Shown here piece after piece: positions 18,573-27,125 of a stretch of DNA of 30,044 nucleotides. Every line of letters begins with the position of its first letter. Position 1 is the first letter of the stretch. This DNA comes from an uncultured Desulfobacteraceae bacterium (GTDB lineage Bacteria > Desulfobacterota > DSM-4660 > Desulfatiglandales > Desulfatiglandaceae). The position numbers and the translations under genes are program-made. The notes beneath the pieces were generated by a model that was not told the origin of the DNA, searched no databases, and saw only the letters and a program-made list of their open reading frames with translations. The DNA lies in the NCBI GenBank assembly GCA_964511755.1, contig CAZEGG010000001.1:1-30044 (forward strand), read 5' to 3'.

Positions 18573-19940
18573 TCACATGGATCTGATCGTTTGCGCTGTT
18601 TCTCTCACCTTTGCCATAACTTCTTCCGGATCCAGGGTCAGGAAAGTCCGATCTTTCATGAGCACACGCCCATTGACGATCACGTCCTTCACATCCGATC
18701 CCCGGGCCGAATAGACCAAGGTGGAATAGGGATCATAAAGAGGCTGGAGGTGGGGCGCATCAAGGTCAACCACGATAATATCCGCACGTTTTCCCTCCTC
18801 AAGGGTTCCGATCTCGTTTTCAAGACCGAGAAGTGACGCTCCTCCTGCGGTGGCCATCCTGAGAACCTCCCTGGCATTCAGGCATACGGGGTCACCGGTG
18901 GAAACCTTTGCAAGTTTGGCAGCAGTATCCATCTCGAGGAACACATCGAGATCATTGTTGGAGGCGGCTCCATCCGTACCAAGGCCTACTGCCAAACCTG
19001 CTTTTCTCATTGTCCGAACAGGCGCGATGCCGGAGGAAAGCTTCATGTTGCTTTCGGGCACGTGGACCACTTTGACTCCCCGTGCGGCGAGCAGATCAAT
19101 CTCCTCATCGTCCAGGTGAACCGCATGCGCAGCCACCAGACGCGGGTTCAGAAATCCCACCTCATCGAGAAACCTGACCGGCCTTTTGCCCATGTTTTTC
19201 AACAGGATCTGAACCTCATCAAGGGTTTCGGACAGGTGTATCTGGAGAGGCGCGCTTCCTCCCAAGGAGAGCTCGAGTGCTTTCTCCAACGTGTCCCGTG
19301 AGCAGGTAACCGGACTGTGACAAAATAATCCCGGCTGGATCAGCGGGGAAAAACCGCGCCATTTCTTCAGGAACTCTCCTGCAATATGCATATTTTCTCG
19401 CGGATCGGGAACTCCGGGGGCCGGAAAATCAATGATACCCTGAGCGGCCACCGCCCTGAGACCGGCTTCATGGATCGCACGAATTGCCGCGTCTTCGAAA
19501 AAATATCCGTCCATGAAACAGGTTGTCCCTGATCCCATCATTTCGAGGCACCCGAGCAGGGCGCCCCGGTAAACGGTCTGCGGGTTCAAGACCTGCTGTT
19601 CCAGCGGAAAAATTTTTTCGAAAAGCCATATCCTGAGCGGAAGGTCATCTGCGTATCCGCGAAACAGGGTCATGGCGACGTGGGCATGCGCGTTTATGAG
19701 ACCAGGCAGTATGATCCCACGGGTGGCATCAATGTGCTCCGCTCCCGCATCATTCAGCGCGGCTGAATCGTGCACTTTCTCTATCTTTGCAATTCGACCA
19801 TCCTTGACCGAAATCAGAGCATCCTGCAAAGGCTCGTCTTCCTCGGTCATGCTCAACAGTATGCCCCCGTGTATCAGCAAATCCGGCGCGGATTCTCCTG
19901 GTGTCGGAGGAATCCGGCACTGTATGTCGCTACTCTCCAT
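18573..19940 (-). CDS. mtaD: Amidohydrolase, 5'-methylthioadenosine/S-adenosylhomocysteine deaminase-like
   Basis: PGLINAHAH (HxH), LFRGYADDLPL, IHLSET, AHAVHL, PESNMKLSSG, GTDGAASNNDLD. Substrate assignment is by family resemblance only. Confidence 0.82.
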   Translation of the reverse strand: MESSDIQCRIPPTPGESAPDLLIHGGILLSMTEEDEPLQDALISVKDGRIAKIEKVHDSAALNDAGAEHIDATRGIILPGLINAHAHVAMTLFRGYADDLPLRIWLFEKIFPLEQQVLNPQTVYRGALLGCLEMMGSGTTCFMDGYFFEDAAIRAIHEAGLRAVAAQGIIDFPAPGVPDPRENMHIAGEFLKKWRGFSPLIQPGLFCHSPVTCSRDTLEKALELSLGGSAPLQIHLSETLDEVQILLKNMGKRPVRFLDEVGFLNPRLVAAHAVHLDDEEIDLLAARGVKVVHVPESNMKLSSGIAPVRTMRKAGLAVGLGTDGAASNNDLDVFLEMDTAAKLAKVSTGDPVCLNAREVLRMATAGGASLLGLENEIGTLEEGKRADIIVVDLDAPHLQPLYDPYSTLVYSARGSDVKDVIVNGRVLMKDRTFLTLDPEEVMAKVRETAQTIRSM

Positions 19941-19987
19941 ATGGTGATCTCCCGATCAATGGTCTGTCCTCTTCTTCCCGAGGCAGC

Positions 19988-20016
19988 AGTATAACTGATT
20001 ATCGGCCTCATGAAAA
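19988..20016 (-). promoter_or_regulatory. Possible sigma-70 promoter for the amidohydrolase
   Basis: TTTTCA-N17-TATACT on the minus strand. Confidence 0.45.
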
Positions 20017-20047
20017 GCCGAGGAGCTTCCCTGCGGACCAAAAAACC

Positions 20048-20077
20048 TTGACTCTCAAAAGGGAAAAACCTCATACT
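20048..20077 (+). promoter_or_regulatory. Possible sigma-70 promoter for the DUF1015 gene
   Basis: TTGACT-N18-CATACT; GGAGG RBS follows before GTG 20118. Confidence 0.45.
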
Positions 20078-20117
20078 ATCTCCTCAAATTTCACGTTTTC
20101 TGGAGGCAGAAAAACCC

Positions 20118-21473
20118 GTGGCCCTTATCGCCCCATTCCGAGGATCTACCTATCCTCTTGGGAACAAAAGCAATTTTTCAAATGTAGTTGCTCCCCCGTA
20201 CGATGTGATTTCTCCGGACGAACAGGAAGCCCTCTACCGGAAAGACCCCCATAATATCATTCGGCTTATCCTCGGGAAAAAGAAGACAGGAGATTCCGAT
20301 TGGGACAACAAATACACGAGAGCCGCTGATCATTTCACCCGCTGGGAGACGGGAGGGACCTTGATACGGGCGGCACGCCCCTGTCTCTACGTGACTTCGA
20401 TGACCTATGACCCGGGAGATGGTGAAGCCAGAAGAACGAGGTGGGGACTGATCGCCCTTGTCCGCATTGAGGAAGATGACTCGGGGATCATCCTTCCGCA
20501 CGAAAGGACTTTCTCGGCACACAGGGATGACCGCCTGCGGCTCATGCGCGCGTGCAATGCGCAGTTCAGCCAGATTTTCGCCCTGTATGAAGATCCGGAC
20601 AGCGTCGTCACGGGAATCTGTCAAAACGCCATTCGCAGAGAGCCCCAAGTCTCTTTTGATCTTGAGGACGGCAGTTCTCACCAGATGTGGGTCCTCGAGG
20701 GTCCCTCCGTCGCCAGGAATATCTCACAGGCCTTTCTGCCCAAGACTCTTTTCATTGCCGACGGTCATCACAGATACGAGACCGCTCGCACGTACAGGAA
20801 CATGATGCGGACAAGGTACGGCAGAAGACCTGCGTACAGATCCTACGAGTTCACGATGATGTACCTGAGCAATATGAATGATCAAGGGCTCACCATCCTT
20901 CCTTCCCATCGCCTGGTAAAACGCGCGCCGGGTTTTGAGTTGGAGAGTTTCCTCAACAAGATTCAAGCATGGTTTATTATTGACGAGGTTCCCCTTCCTT
21001 CCGGCGACCCGGCATCCGGAGCACAGGTTTTCCGGACAGCCCTCTCAAGGGCGGGAGCATCCGATCCGGCCATCGGTTTTTACCACGAAGGCGCGGATAG
21101 TGGGTATCTCTTCTCATTGAAAAGAGGTGTTCAGGATCGCATGGGCGACGACCTCCACCCCGCGCTCAAGAGCCTTGATGTTCTTGTGCTTTCGCGCTTC
21201 CTCCTCCAGAGGGCTCTCGGGTTCAACCGGGAGGACCTGGACGATGAAAAGATCTTCCAATACCAGAGTAGCATTCAGTCAGCGCTCTCCCTTGTTCATT
21301 CCCGCGCCTTCCAGATGACCTTTCTGCTCAATCCGACCAGGATGGCCCAGGTTAAGGAAATAGCAGCGCTGTCGCTCGTGATGCCGAGGAAGTCGACGTA
21401 TTTTTTTCCCAAGGTGCTGAGCGGCCTCGTTCTGAACAAAATCGATCCCTATGAAATCATCGAGGTCTTCTGA
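20118..21473 (+). CDS. DUF1015 family protein
   Basis: IAPFRG, VVAPPYDVIS, ILPHERT, FIADGHHRYETA, LTILPSHRLV, MPRKSTYFFPKVLSGLV are the characteristic blocks of this family as I recall them. Confidence 0.85.
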   Translation: MALIAPFRGSTYPLGNKSNFSNVVAPPYDVISPDEQEALYRKDPHNIIRLILGKKKTGDSDWDNKYTRAADHFTRWETGGTLIRAARPCLYVTSMTYDPGDGEARRTRWGLIALVRIEEDDSGIILPHERTFSAHRDDRLRLMRACNAQFSQIFALYEDPDSVVTGICQNAIRREPQVSFDLEDGSSHQMWVLEGPSVARNISQAFLPKTLFIADGHHRYETARTYRNMMRTRYGRRPAYRSYEFTMMYLSNMNDQGLTILPSHRLVKRAPGFELESFLNKIQAWFIIDEVPLPSGDPASGAQVFRTALSRAGASDPAIGFYHEGADSGYLFSLKRGVQDRMGDDLHPALKSLDVLVLSRFLLQRALGFNREDLDDEKIFQYQSSIQSALSLVHSRAFQMTFLLNPTRMAQVKEIAALSLVMPRKSTYFFPKVLSGLVLNKIDPYEIIEVF

Positions 21474-22179
21474 CATACGGCCCGGGCCGGATGAAACCAT
21501 CGACGGGCTTCTGGACGGACGCCTCCAATTGATACAATCAAGGGAGGGGTATCGTTTCTCGGTTGACGCCCTGTTCCTGGCTGAATTCGTGACCGTAAAA
21601 CCTGGAGATTTTCTGGTGGATCTGGGAACGGGGTGCGGTGTTATACCGCTGACTCTCCTTTTGACCACACCTCTGAGGCAGGCTCTGGGTATCGAAATTC
21701 AACGGGATCTTGCTTGTCAGGCTTCCAGAAACACCCGCCTCAACGGACTTTCCCGCAAAATGAAGATCCTGCAGGCAGATATTCGCCACCCTCCCCTGTC
21801 TCCGAGAACGGCGGATATTGTCATCTGCAACCCGCCATATCGAAAGGCCGACAGCGGCCGTATCAACCCAAATACATCCAGGGCTGTCGCCCGACACGAA
21901 ATTCTTTTGTCGCTCGAAGATCTTCTGAAAACGGCTCGCTATCTGATGCGAATGAAGGGCAGGTTTGCAATCATTTTTCCGGCAGAAAGGCTTACCGATC
22001 TCCTGAGCTGCTCGAGGCGGTTCAGACTGGAACCCAAACGGGTCCAGGTCGTGTATCCGGACCTCCATTCCAGCTCCAAGCTGGTGCTCGTGGAGACAGT
22101 GCTGGAGGGCAATCCGGGTCTCGAGATTCTCCCGCCTATTCTCGGCCAGGGGAGATACTCGGTCATTTCTCCAACCTGA
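21451..22179 (+). CDS. SAM-dependent methyltransferase, tRNA1(Val) adenine(37)-N6 (TrmN6/YfiC)-like
   Basis: GYRFSVDALFLA, motif I DLGTGCG, NPPY amino-methyltransferase motif, ARHEI, EPKRVQVV. Confidence 0.85.
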   Translation: MKSSRSSDIRPGPDETIDGLLDGRLQLIQSREGYRFSVDALFLAEFVTVKPGDFLVDLGTGCGVIPLTLLLTTPLRQALGIEIQRDLACQASRNTRLNGLSRKMKILQADIRHPPLSPRTADIVICNPPYRKADSGRINPNTSRAVARHEILLSLEDLLKTARYLMRMKGRFAIIFPAERLTDLLSCSRRFRLEPKRVQVVYPDLHSSSKLVLVETVLEGNPGLEILPPILGQGRYSVISPT

Positions 22180-22468
22180 ACTCGACCCTCTTCACGGCCT
22201 TCTTCGCCAGCGTGCGATTCAGCTTCTCTCGTATCTCCGCTTCCTGAAAACTGAGTTCCTGGAGCCAGATGGGATCCGACACCCCCACCCGCAGAAGGCC
22301 CTGTTTGATCCAGATTGGTCTCGCATGCCTGGCTACAGCAGCTCCAACCGCTTCTTCCCAGACCTGCCATATCCTCGCATTCTCAATGTCAAAAGGGAGC
22401 CCGCCGCTTCTGAACATCCCGTCGAGAATTTCCCTCAGCGAGGTCAGTGATCCCTTTCGCTCTGCCAT
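22163..22468 (-). CDS. DUF721/DciA family protein (KH-like fold)
   Basis: WEEAVGAAVARHARPIWIKQGLLRVGVSDPIWLQEL...IREKLN...VKRVEFR pattern. ATG at 22468 preferred; ORF is open to 22546. Confidence 0.8.
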   Translation of the reverse strand: MAERKGSLTSLREILDGMFRSGGLPFDIENARIWQVWEEAVGAAVARHARPIWIKQGLLRVGVSDPIWLQELSFQEAEIREKLNRTLAKKAVKRVEFRLEK

Positions 22469-22578
22469 GAATTCAGGATAGACATCCGGTGGTTTCAAGT
22501 CAAGAGAAGACAACGCTCCTGCCGGTTGGAGAAGAAAGGTCTCCATGTTTTCGAAATCGCAGTTCTTGCCATTAGGCC

Positions 22579-22607
22579 TTGACGAGTTGAGAATTTCCCG
22601 ATAGTCT
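22579..22607 (+). promoter_or_regulatory. Sigma-70 promoter of hflKC
   Basis: TTGACG-N17-TAGTCT, 40 nt upstream of the hflK ATG. Confidence 0.6.
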
Positions 22608-22646
22608 TACCAGAAGTTTTACCGAAATTTAAGAACGAGGTATATC

Positions 22647-23690
22647 ATGCCCTGGGATTGGGACAAGCTCCAGCAGCAAAAAAAGGGACAGGGGAACGCC
22701 GGACCACCAAGAGTGGATGAGGTGTTTGAGAAAATAAAGGGAATGAAAGGCAGATTTCCGGGAGGCACATGGCTGATCGTTTTGGCCGTTATTATTATCC
22801 TTCTCGGCACAAGCTGCTTCTATACGGTTCATGTCGATGAAGTGGGAGTGATTCAGCGGTTCGGCAAGTATGTGAGGATGACGCCGCCCGGACTCCATTT
22901 CAAGCTTCCGGCGGGAATCGAGAAGGTTACCAAGGTAAAAGTCAAATTTATTTTCAAAGAAGAATTCGGATTTCGAACCATCGAGGCCGGGGTCCGAACG
23001 CGATATGCCTCGGGAAACGCCTATCTGAATGAGTCCCTGATGCTCACCGGAGATCTGAATGTCGCTCTGGTGCCGTGGATAGTCCAATACCGCATCAAGA
23101 ATCCGTATGACTACCTCTTCCGGGTCGATAATGTCAGGAATGTGTTGAGGGACCTCGCAGAGTCCACCATGCGCATGGTAGCCGGCGACAGCAGTATAGA
23201 CGATATTATAAGCAAACGGGACGAAGTCGCCAGTCGAGACAAGATATTACTGCAGAAGGAACTGGATAAGGCGCAAACGGGAATCAAGGTGGTCAACATC
23301 GAACTGAAAAAGACGAATGTTCCTGATCCCGTACAGCCTTCTTTCAACGAAGTGAACCAGGCTATTCAACAGAAAGAACAGATGATTTACCAGGCAAGAG
23401 AAGCGTATAACAAAGTCATTCCCGCTGCCAAGGGGGATGCCCAGAAGACCATCATGGTGGCGCAGGGATACGCCCTGGATCGCGTGAACCGCGCCCGAGG
23501 GGATGCCGCAAGGTTCCTGGATCGTTACGCCGCATACAGCACAGCGAAAGACGTTACCCGCCGGCGGCTTTACCTGGAAGCCATCGATCAGATTTTCCCG
23601 AAAGTCGGGCAAAAATATGTGGTCGATTCCGACCAGAAAAATCTGCTTCCCCTGCTGAGGCTGGAGCACTTTTCAGGAGGGCAAAAATGA
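22647..23690 (+). CDS. hflK: FtsH protease modulator HflK (SPFH domain)
   Basis: N-terminal PW...GPP, single TM helix, GVIQRFGK, PGLHFKLP, MLTGDLN, FNEVNQA, VTRRRLYLE. Confidence 0.95.
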   Translation: MPWDWDKLQQQKKGQGNAGPPRVDEVFEKIKGMKGRFPGGTWLIVLAVIIILLGTSCFYTVHVDEVGVIQRFGKYVRMTPPGLHFKLPAGIEKVTKVKVKFIFKEEFGFRTIEAGVRTRYASGNAYLNESLMLTGDLNVALVPWIVQYRIKNPYDYLFRVDNVRNVLRDLAESTMRMVAGDSSIDDIISKRDEVASRDKILLQKELDKAQTGIKVVNIELKKTNVPDPVQPSFNEVNQAIQQKEQMIYQAREAYNKVIPAAKGDAQKTIMVAQGYALDRVNRARGDAARFLDRYAAYSTAKDVTRRRLYLEAIDQIFPKVGQKYVVDSDQKNLLPLLRLEHFSGGQK

Positions 23691-24664
23691 AATCCAAATT
23701 ACTGCTTATTCCCATTATCGTCGCCCTGATCGCCCTGTACTCAGCCGCCTACACAGTGGATGAAACCCAGCAGGTGGTGATTACCCAATTCGGAGAGGCC
23801 ATCGGCAGTCCCAAGACCCAACCGGGGTTGTATTTTAAGATTCCCCTCATCCAAAACGCCAATTACTTCCCAAAGCTCCTGCTTGAATGGGACGGACAAC
23901 CCGGAGAAGTACCGACCCTCGACAAGACCTTCATATGGGTTGATACCTTTGCCCTGTGGAAAATCGTGGATCCGCTGGAGTTCTTCCAGACCGTCAATAA
24001 TACCACGGAAGCACAGGCCAGGCTGGATGATATCCTGGATGCATCCGTTCGGAACCTCATAACATCCTATCCTTTGATTGACACCGTTCGAACGACCAAC
24101 AGGAAGCTGGACACTTTCAATGCGGAATCCGTCCGCGGGGAAGAAGAGCGTCCCCTCGGTCAGGTCACCATGGGGAGAGAAAAGATCCTCACCGCTATTA
24201 TCGCCCAGGCAAGACCCAAACTCAAAGAGTTCGGCATCCAACTCGTCGATCTTAAAATCAAGAGAGTCAACTACGTGGAAAGCGTGCAGAAGTCTGTGTA
24301 CGGCAGGATGATAGCCGAAAGGAAGCAAAAGGCCGAGAAATACCGATCCGAAGGCCAGGGTGCTGCTCGGAAAATCGAGGGAGACAGGGACAAGGAACTG
24401 AAAAAAATCACATCAGAGGCCTATGAGAAGGCCCAGGAGACAATGGGTAAGGCAGATGCGGAAGCCACACGAATTTACGCAGACGCATACCGAAGAGACC
24501 CGGAGTTCTATTCCTTCCTCAAGACGCTGGAAACGTACGAGAAAACCATGGATAAGGACACATCGCTGGTTCTATCCACCAAGAGCGACTTGTTTCAATA
24601 CCTGAAGGGATATGAAAAGGACTCCTCAAAACGGCTGTCGGGAGATGGAAATGGTAAGAACTGA
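23687..24664 (+). CDS. hflC: FtsH protease modulator HflC (SPFH domain)
   Basis: VITQFGE, PGLYFKIP, IKRVNY, VYGRMIAER, DPEFYSFLKTLETY. ATGA overlap with hflK. Confidence 0.95.
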   Translation: MKSKLLLIPIIVALIALYSAAYTVDETQQVVITQFGEAIGSPKTQPGLYFKIPLIQNANYFPKLLLEWDGQPGEVPTLDKTFIWVDTFALWKIVDPLEFFQTVNNTTEAQARLDDILDASVRNLITSYPLIDTVRTTNRKLDTFNAESVRGEEERPLGQVTMGREKILTAIIAQARPKLKEFGIQLVDLKIKRVNYVESVQKSVYGRMIAERKQKAEKYRSEGQGAARKIEGDRDKELKKITSEAYEKAQETMGKADAEATRIYADAYRRDPEFYSFLKTLETYEKTMDKDTSLVLSTKSDLFQYLKGYEKDSSKRLSGDGNGKN

Positions 24665-25139
24665 AATCGCTTTGTTTCTCAAAAACGTGCCCGGGGAACT
24701 GGGCAGACTCGCGACGCTGCTTTCGGACGAGGGCATAAACATCGATGCACTCACAATTCAGGACGCTTCCGAGTACGTACAGCGGGTATTCAAGGCGAGA
24801 GGAAAATCTCTGAAGAGGATCGCACCTGCGGCGAGTTATGGCTCGATGCAGAAGGATTCAGCCGATTTCGCTCTCATCCGGCTGTTGGTCGAAGACACGG
24901 ACCATGCCATCAACCTCCTTTCCAAGCAGGAGTATGTTTTCGATATCATGCCGGTGATCGCTCTTGAAATTCAAAACAAACCAGGCACCCTGGCGCAGAT
25001 GGCGAAAAAGTTTGGTGAAGAAGGCATTAACATTAACTATGTCTACGGTTCCGCTCTCCCGGGTGGTGAAACATCGCTTTTTGTCTTCAGCCCCGAGGAT
25101 ATCGACCTGGCGGCGAGAATTTTCAAGGATGATTCTTGA
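24651..25139 (+). CDS. Tandem ACT domain protein with an internal insertion
   Basis: Two ACT repeats (LFLKNVPGELGRLA...GINID; EIQNKPGTLAQMA...GININYVY). Start (24645 or 24651) overlaps the hflC end. Confidence 0.82.
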   Translation: MVRTEIALFLKNVPGELGRLATLLSDEGINIDALTIQDASEYVQRVFKARGKSLKRIAPAASYGSMQKDSADFALIRLLVEDTDHAINLLSKQEYVFDIMPVIALEIQNKPGTLAQMAKKFGEEGININYVYGSALPGGETSLFVFSPEDIDLAARIFKDDS

Positions 25140-25884
25140 TTGACCTTGCTCTCAGTGCTTCCTCGATTCGTCCGATATCTTCCGGCACGTCCACTTCCAG
25201 AGAATTATATGGAGTTTCCGTGACCTTGATTCGGAACCCGTATTCCAGAGCGCGTAACTGTTCCAGTTTTTCAGCGGTCTCGAGGACTCCGGCCTGCAAC
25301 CGGGTGAACTGCTGCAGAAAATCGGCCCGGTAGCAATAAAATCCCAGATGTTTGTAAAAGACCGGACTTTTCTTTCCTTTGTCCCGAACAAATGGTATGG
25401 GATGCCGGGAGAAATAAAGGGCATATCCCTGCCTGTCCGTCACCACTTTCACCTGGTTGGGGTTTTCCCTGTCTTCCTTCCGGTGCAGCCTGCACTTAAG
25501 CGTAGCCATGGGAGCAGCCGCGCCTTCCTCAAAAAGAGGCGCTACGAGGTCTGAAATCATGGCAGGATTAAAGATGGGTTGATCGCCCTGGATATTTACG
25601 ATGAGGTCGTTCCCCGGCACGCCCAGAGCCATGGCAGCCTCGGATATGCGGTCCGTTCCGGACCGGTGCCTTCCGTTCGTCATAACGGCTCTCCCCCCGA
25701 ACCCCTGAACCGTCTTGAGAATAGCGGAATGATCTGTCGCTACATAGGTCTCAGTAATTTGCGGGCACTGCAACGAACGTTCATACACGTGCTGGATCAT
25801 GGGTTTGCCGTTTATGAGGGCAAGAGGCTTGCCGGGGAACCTCTTTGAATCATAGCGGGCAGGGATAAAGGCAAGAATGTTCAT
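25123..25884 (-). CDS. kdsB: 3-deoxy-manno-octulosonate cytidylyltransferase (CMP-Kdo synthetase)
   Basis: IPARYDSKRFPGKPL, SGTDRI, VNIQGDQP, ALYFSR, HLGFYCY, LETAEKLEQLRALE. Confidence 0.97.
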   Translation of the reverse strand: MNILAFIPARYDSKRFPGKPLALINGKPMIQHVYERSLQCPQITETYVATDHSAILKTVQGFGGRAVMTNGRHRSGTDRISEAAMALGVPGNDLIVNIQGDQPIFNPAMISDLVAPLFEEGAAAPMATLKCRLHRKEDRENPNQVKVVTDRQGYALYFSRHPIPFVRDKGKKSPVFYKHLGFYCYRADFLQQFTRLQAGVLETAEKLEQLRALEYGFRIKVTETPYNSLEVDVPEDIGRIEEALRARSIKNHP

Positions 25885-26294
25885 GGCGTTTCTGTTGGAG
25901 GAGGGGTTCCCGGAGCCCCGGACTGCGCCTCCATGTAGCTGGCACTCGCATCATCGGATTCCCAGGCGGTCACCTTGCTGACCCGCATACCATCACGGTT
26001 CAGTTTACCCGAAAGGTACTTGAAGATATGACGGGCGATATTCTCGGATGACGGGTTTGTATCCTTGAATGCCTCCAACTCATTCAGGAAATGATGATCC
26101 AGTGTTCCCAGTGCCTCTTTTGTGGCCTTTTTCATTTCACCAAAGTCCATCAGGATGCCTTCTCCCCCGAGATTTTCTCCCGTGAGATAGACTTCCACTT
26201 TCCAGTTATGACCATGGAGATTCTCACACGCTCCACGAAATTCCCTGAGTTGATGGGCCGCGGCAAACCGGGACGCCACCCTCAATTCATACAT
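25881..26294 (-). CDS. queD: 6-carboxy-5,6,7,8-tetrahydropterin synthase
   Basis: FAAAH, CENLHGHNW, DFGEMK, LDHHFLN, PSSENIA, VTAWES. Confidence 0.93.
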   Translation of the reverse strand: MYELRVASRFAAAHQLREFRGACENLHGHNWKVEVYLTGENLGGEGILMDFGEMKKATKEALGTLDHHFLNELEAFKDTNPSSENIARHIFKYLSGKLNRDGMRVSKVTAWESDDASASYMEAQSGAPGTPPPTETP

Positions 26295-26595
26295 GAGGCC
26301 CGTCTCCTTCTCCCTTTTCTTTCACTTCTTCGTCAGAGGCGAACGGCTCTCCGCATTCGGTGCATTTGCCGTCCACAATGATCCCCGTGCACGTTCCGTC
26401 AGGGCACAACACGCGGTCATCCAGGTCCAGGCTTTCTTCGTTGTCCCAGGAGTCCGTTTCCTCCGAACGGTCCTCCGAGTGATCCGTTAGAAGACTTCCG
26501 CATTTCATGCAATACCGCGCTTCTTCCGGGGTGACGGCTCCGCAATCCGGGCAGGTTATTCCCGGAATCTCCTTTTCACAGTAAGGGCATTTCAT
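26287..26595 (-). CDS. Small multi-Cys zinc-ribbon protein (double-zinc-ribbon-like N-terminus plus second Cys cluster)
   Basis: CPYC, CPDC, CMKC, acidic linker, CPDGTC and CTEC. ATG at 26595 preferred; ORF is open to 26616. Confidence 0.75.
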   Translation of the reverse strand: MKCPYCEKEIPGITCPDCGAVTPEEARYCMKCGSLLTDHSEDRSEETDSWDNEESLDLDDRVLCPDGTCTGIIVDGKCTECGEPFASDEEVKEKGEGDGPHV

Positions 26596-26828
26596 GTTTT
26601 TTTCCTCTTCTCTCATATGATGGAATCATAACGTCCTGGTCCTCCGGGCATTTTGCTCACGGAGACCGGAAAGCGATTTTCAGCCTCCTCGCGAATCAAC
26701 GGGCGGCAATCCATCCCTTTGATTTGCGCGAGTCATCTTTCCTGGAGCGTTCAAAGGCTTTTTCGAATTCTTCGGGGTCGGTACTCTGACTCCGTGGGGA
26801 ACATCCCCCATTTTTGTCTACGAGCGCA

Positions 26829-26993
26829 TCAACTTTTCTTCGAAGTCACGGTCTGGAATGAAGTAATCTGCTGTTTAACCTTGGTGCTCTTGCACTTTGG
26901 GCATCTCATCTTCCTGGCCTCGTATTCACGCACGCTCATAATCGTTGAAAAGGATTTCTTGCACTTCTGGCAGGTAAATTCATAGGTTGGCAT
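26829..26993 (-). CDS. FmdB-family zinc-ribbon regulatory protein (54 aa)
   Basis: MPTYEFTCQKC...CPKCKS signature and AAGGAG RBS before ATG 26993. Confidence 0.88.
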   Translation of the reverse strand: MPTYEFTCQKCKKSFSTIMSVREYEARKMRCPKCKSTKVKQQITSFQTVTSKKS

Positions 26994-27061
26994 GACATTC
27001 TCCTTTCCATATGAACACAGAACATTTGCCACGCAATGACCATATTTTCTCAACAAATTTT

Positions 27062-27089
27062 ATTCTCTCTTTCGTGAAAGCGGTGTCAA
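27062..27089 (-). promoter_or_regulatory. Possible sigma-70 promoter for the FmdB-like gene
   Basis: Perfect TTGACA (27089-27084), 16-nt spacer, GAGAAT. A better -10 (TAAAAT) lies 21 nt from the -35, so placement is ambiguous. Confidence 0.45.
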
Positions 27090-27108
27090 GGAATTTTTCC
27101 ACGCTGCA

Positions 27109-27125
27109 CGTGAGAAAGGTCACAA
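27109..27125 (-). promoter_or_regulatory. CRP/FNR-family (CRP/HcpR-like) binding-site candidate
   Basis: TTGTGA-cctttc-TCACG on the minus strand, 9/10 match to TGTGA-N6-TCACA. Confidence 0.4.

Noticed and set aside
26695-26845. About 50-codon open frame after the FmdB-like gene (…STDPEEFEKAFERSRK…) as a frameshift extension or small gene
   Set aside because: No start codon after the upstream stop, and it would need a +1 shift with no recognisable shift signal.
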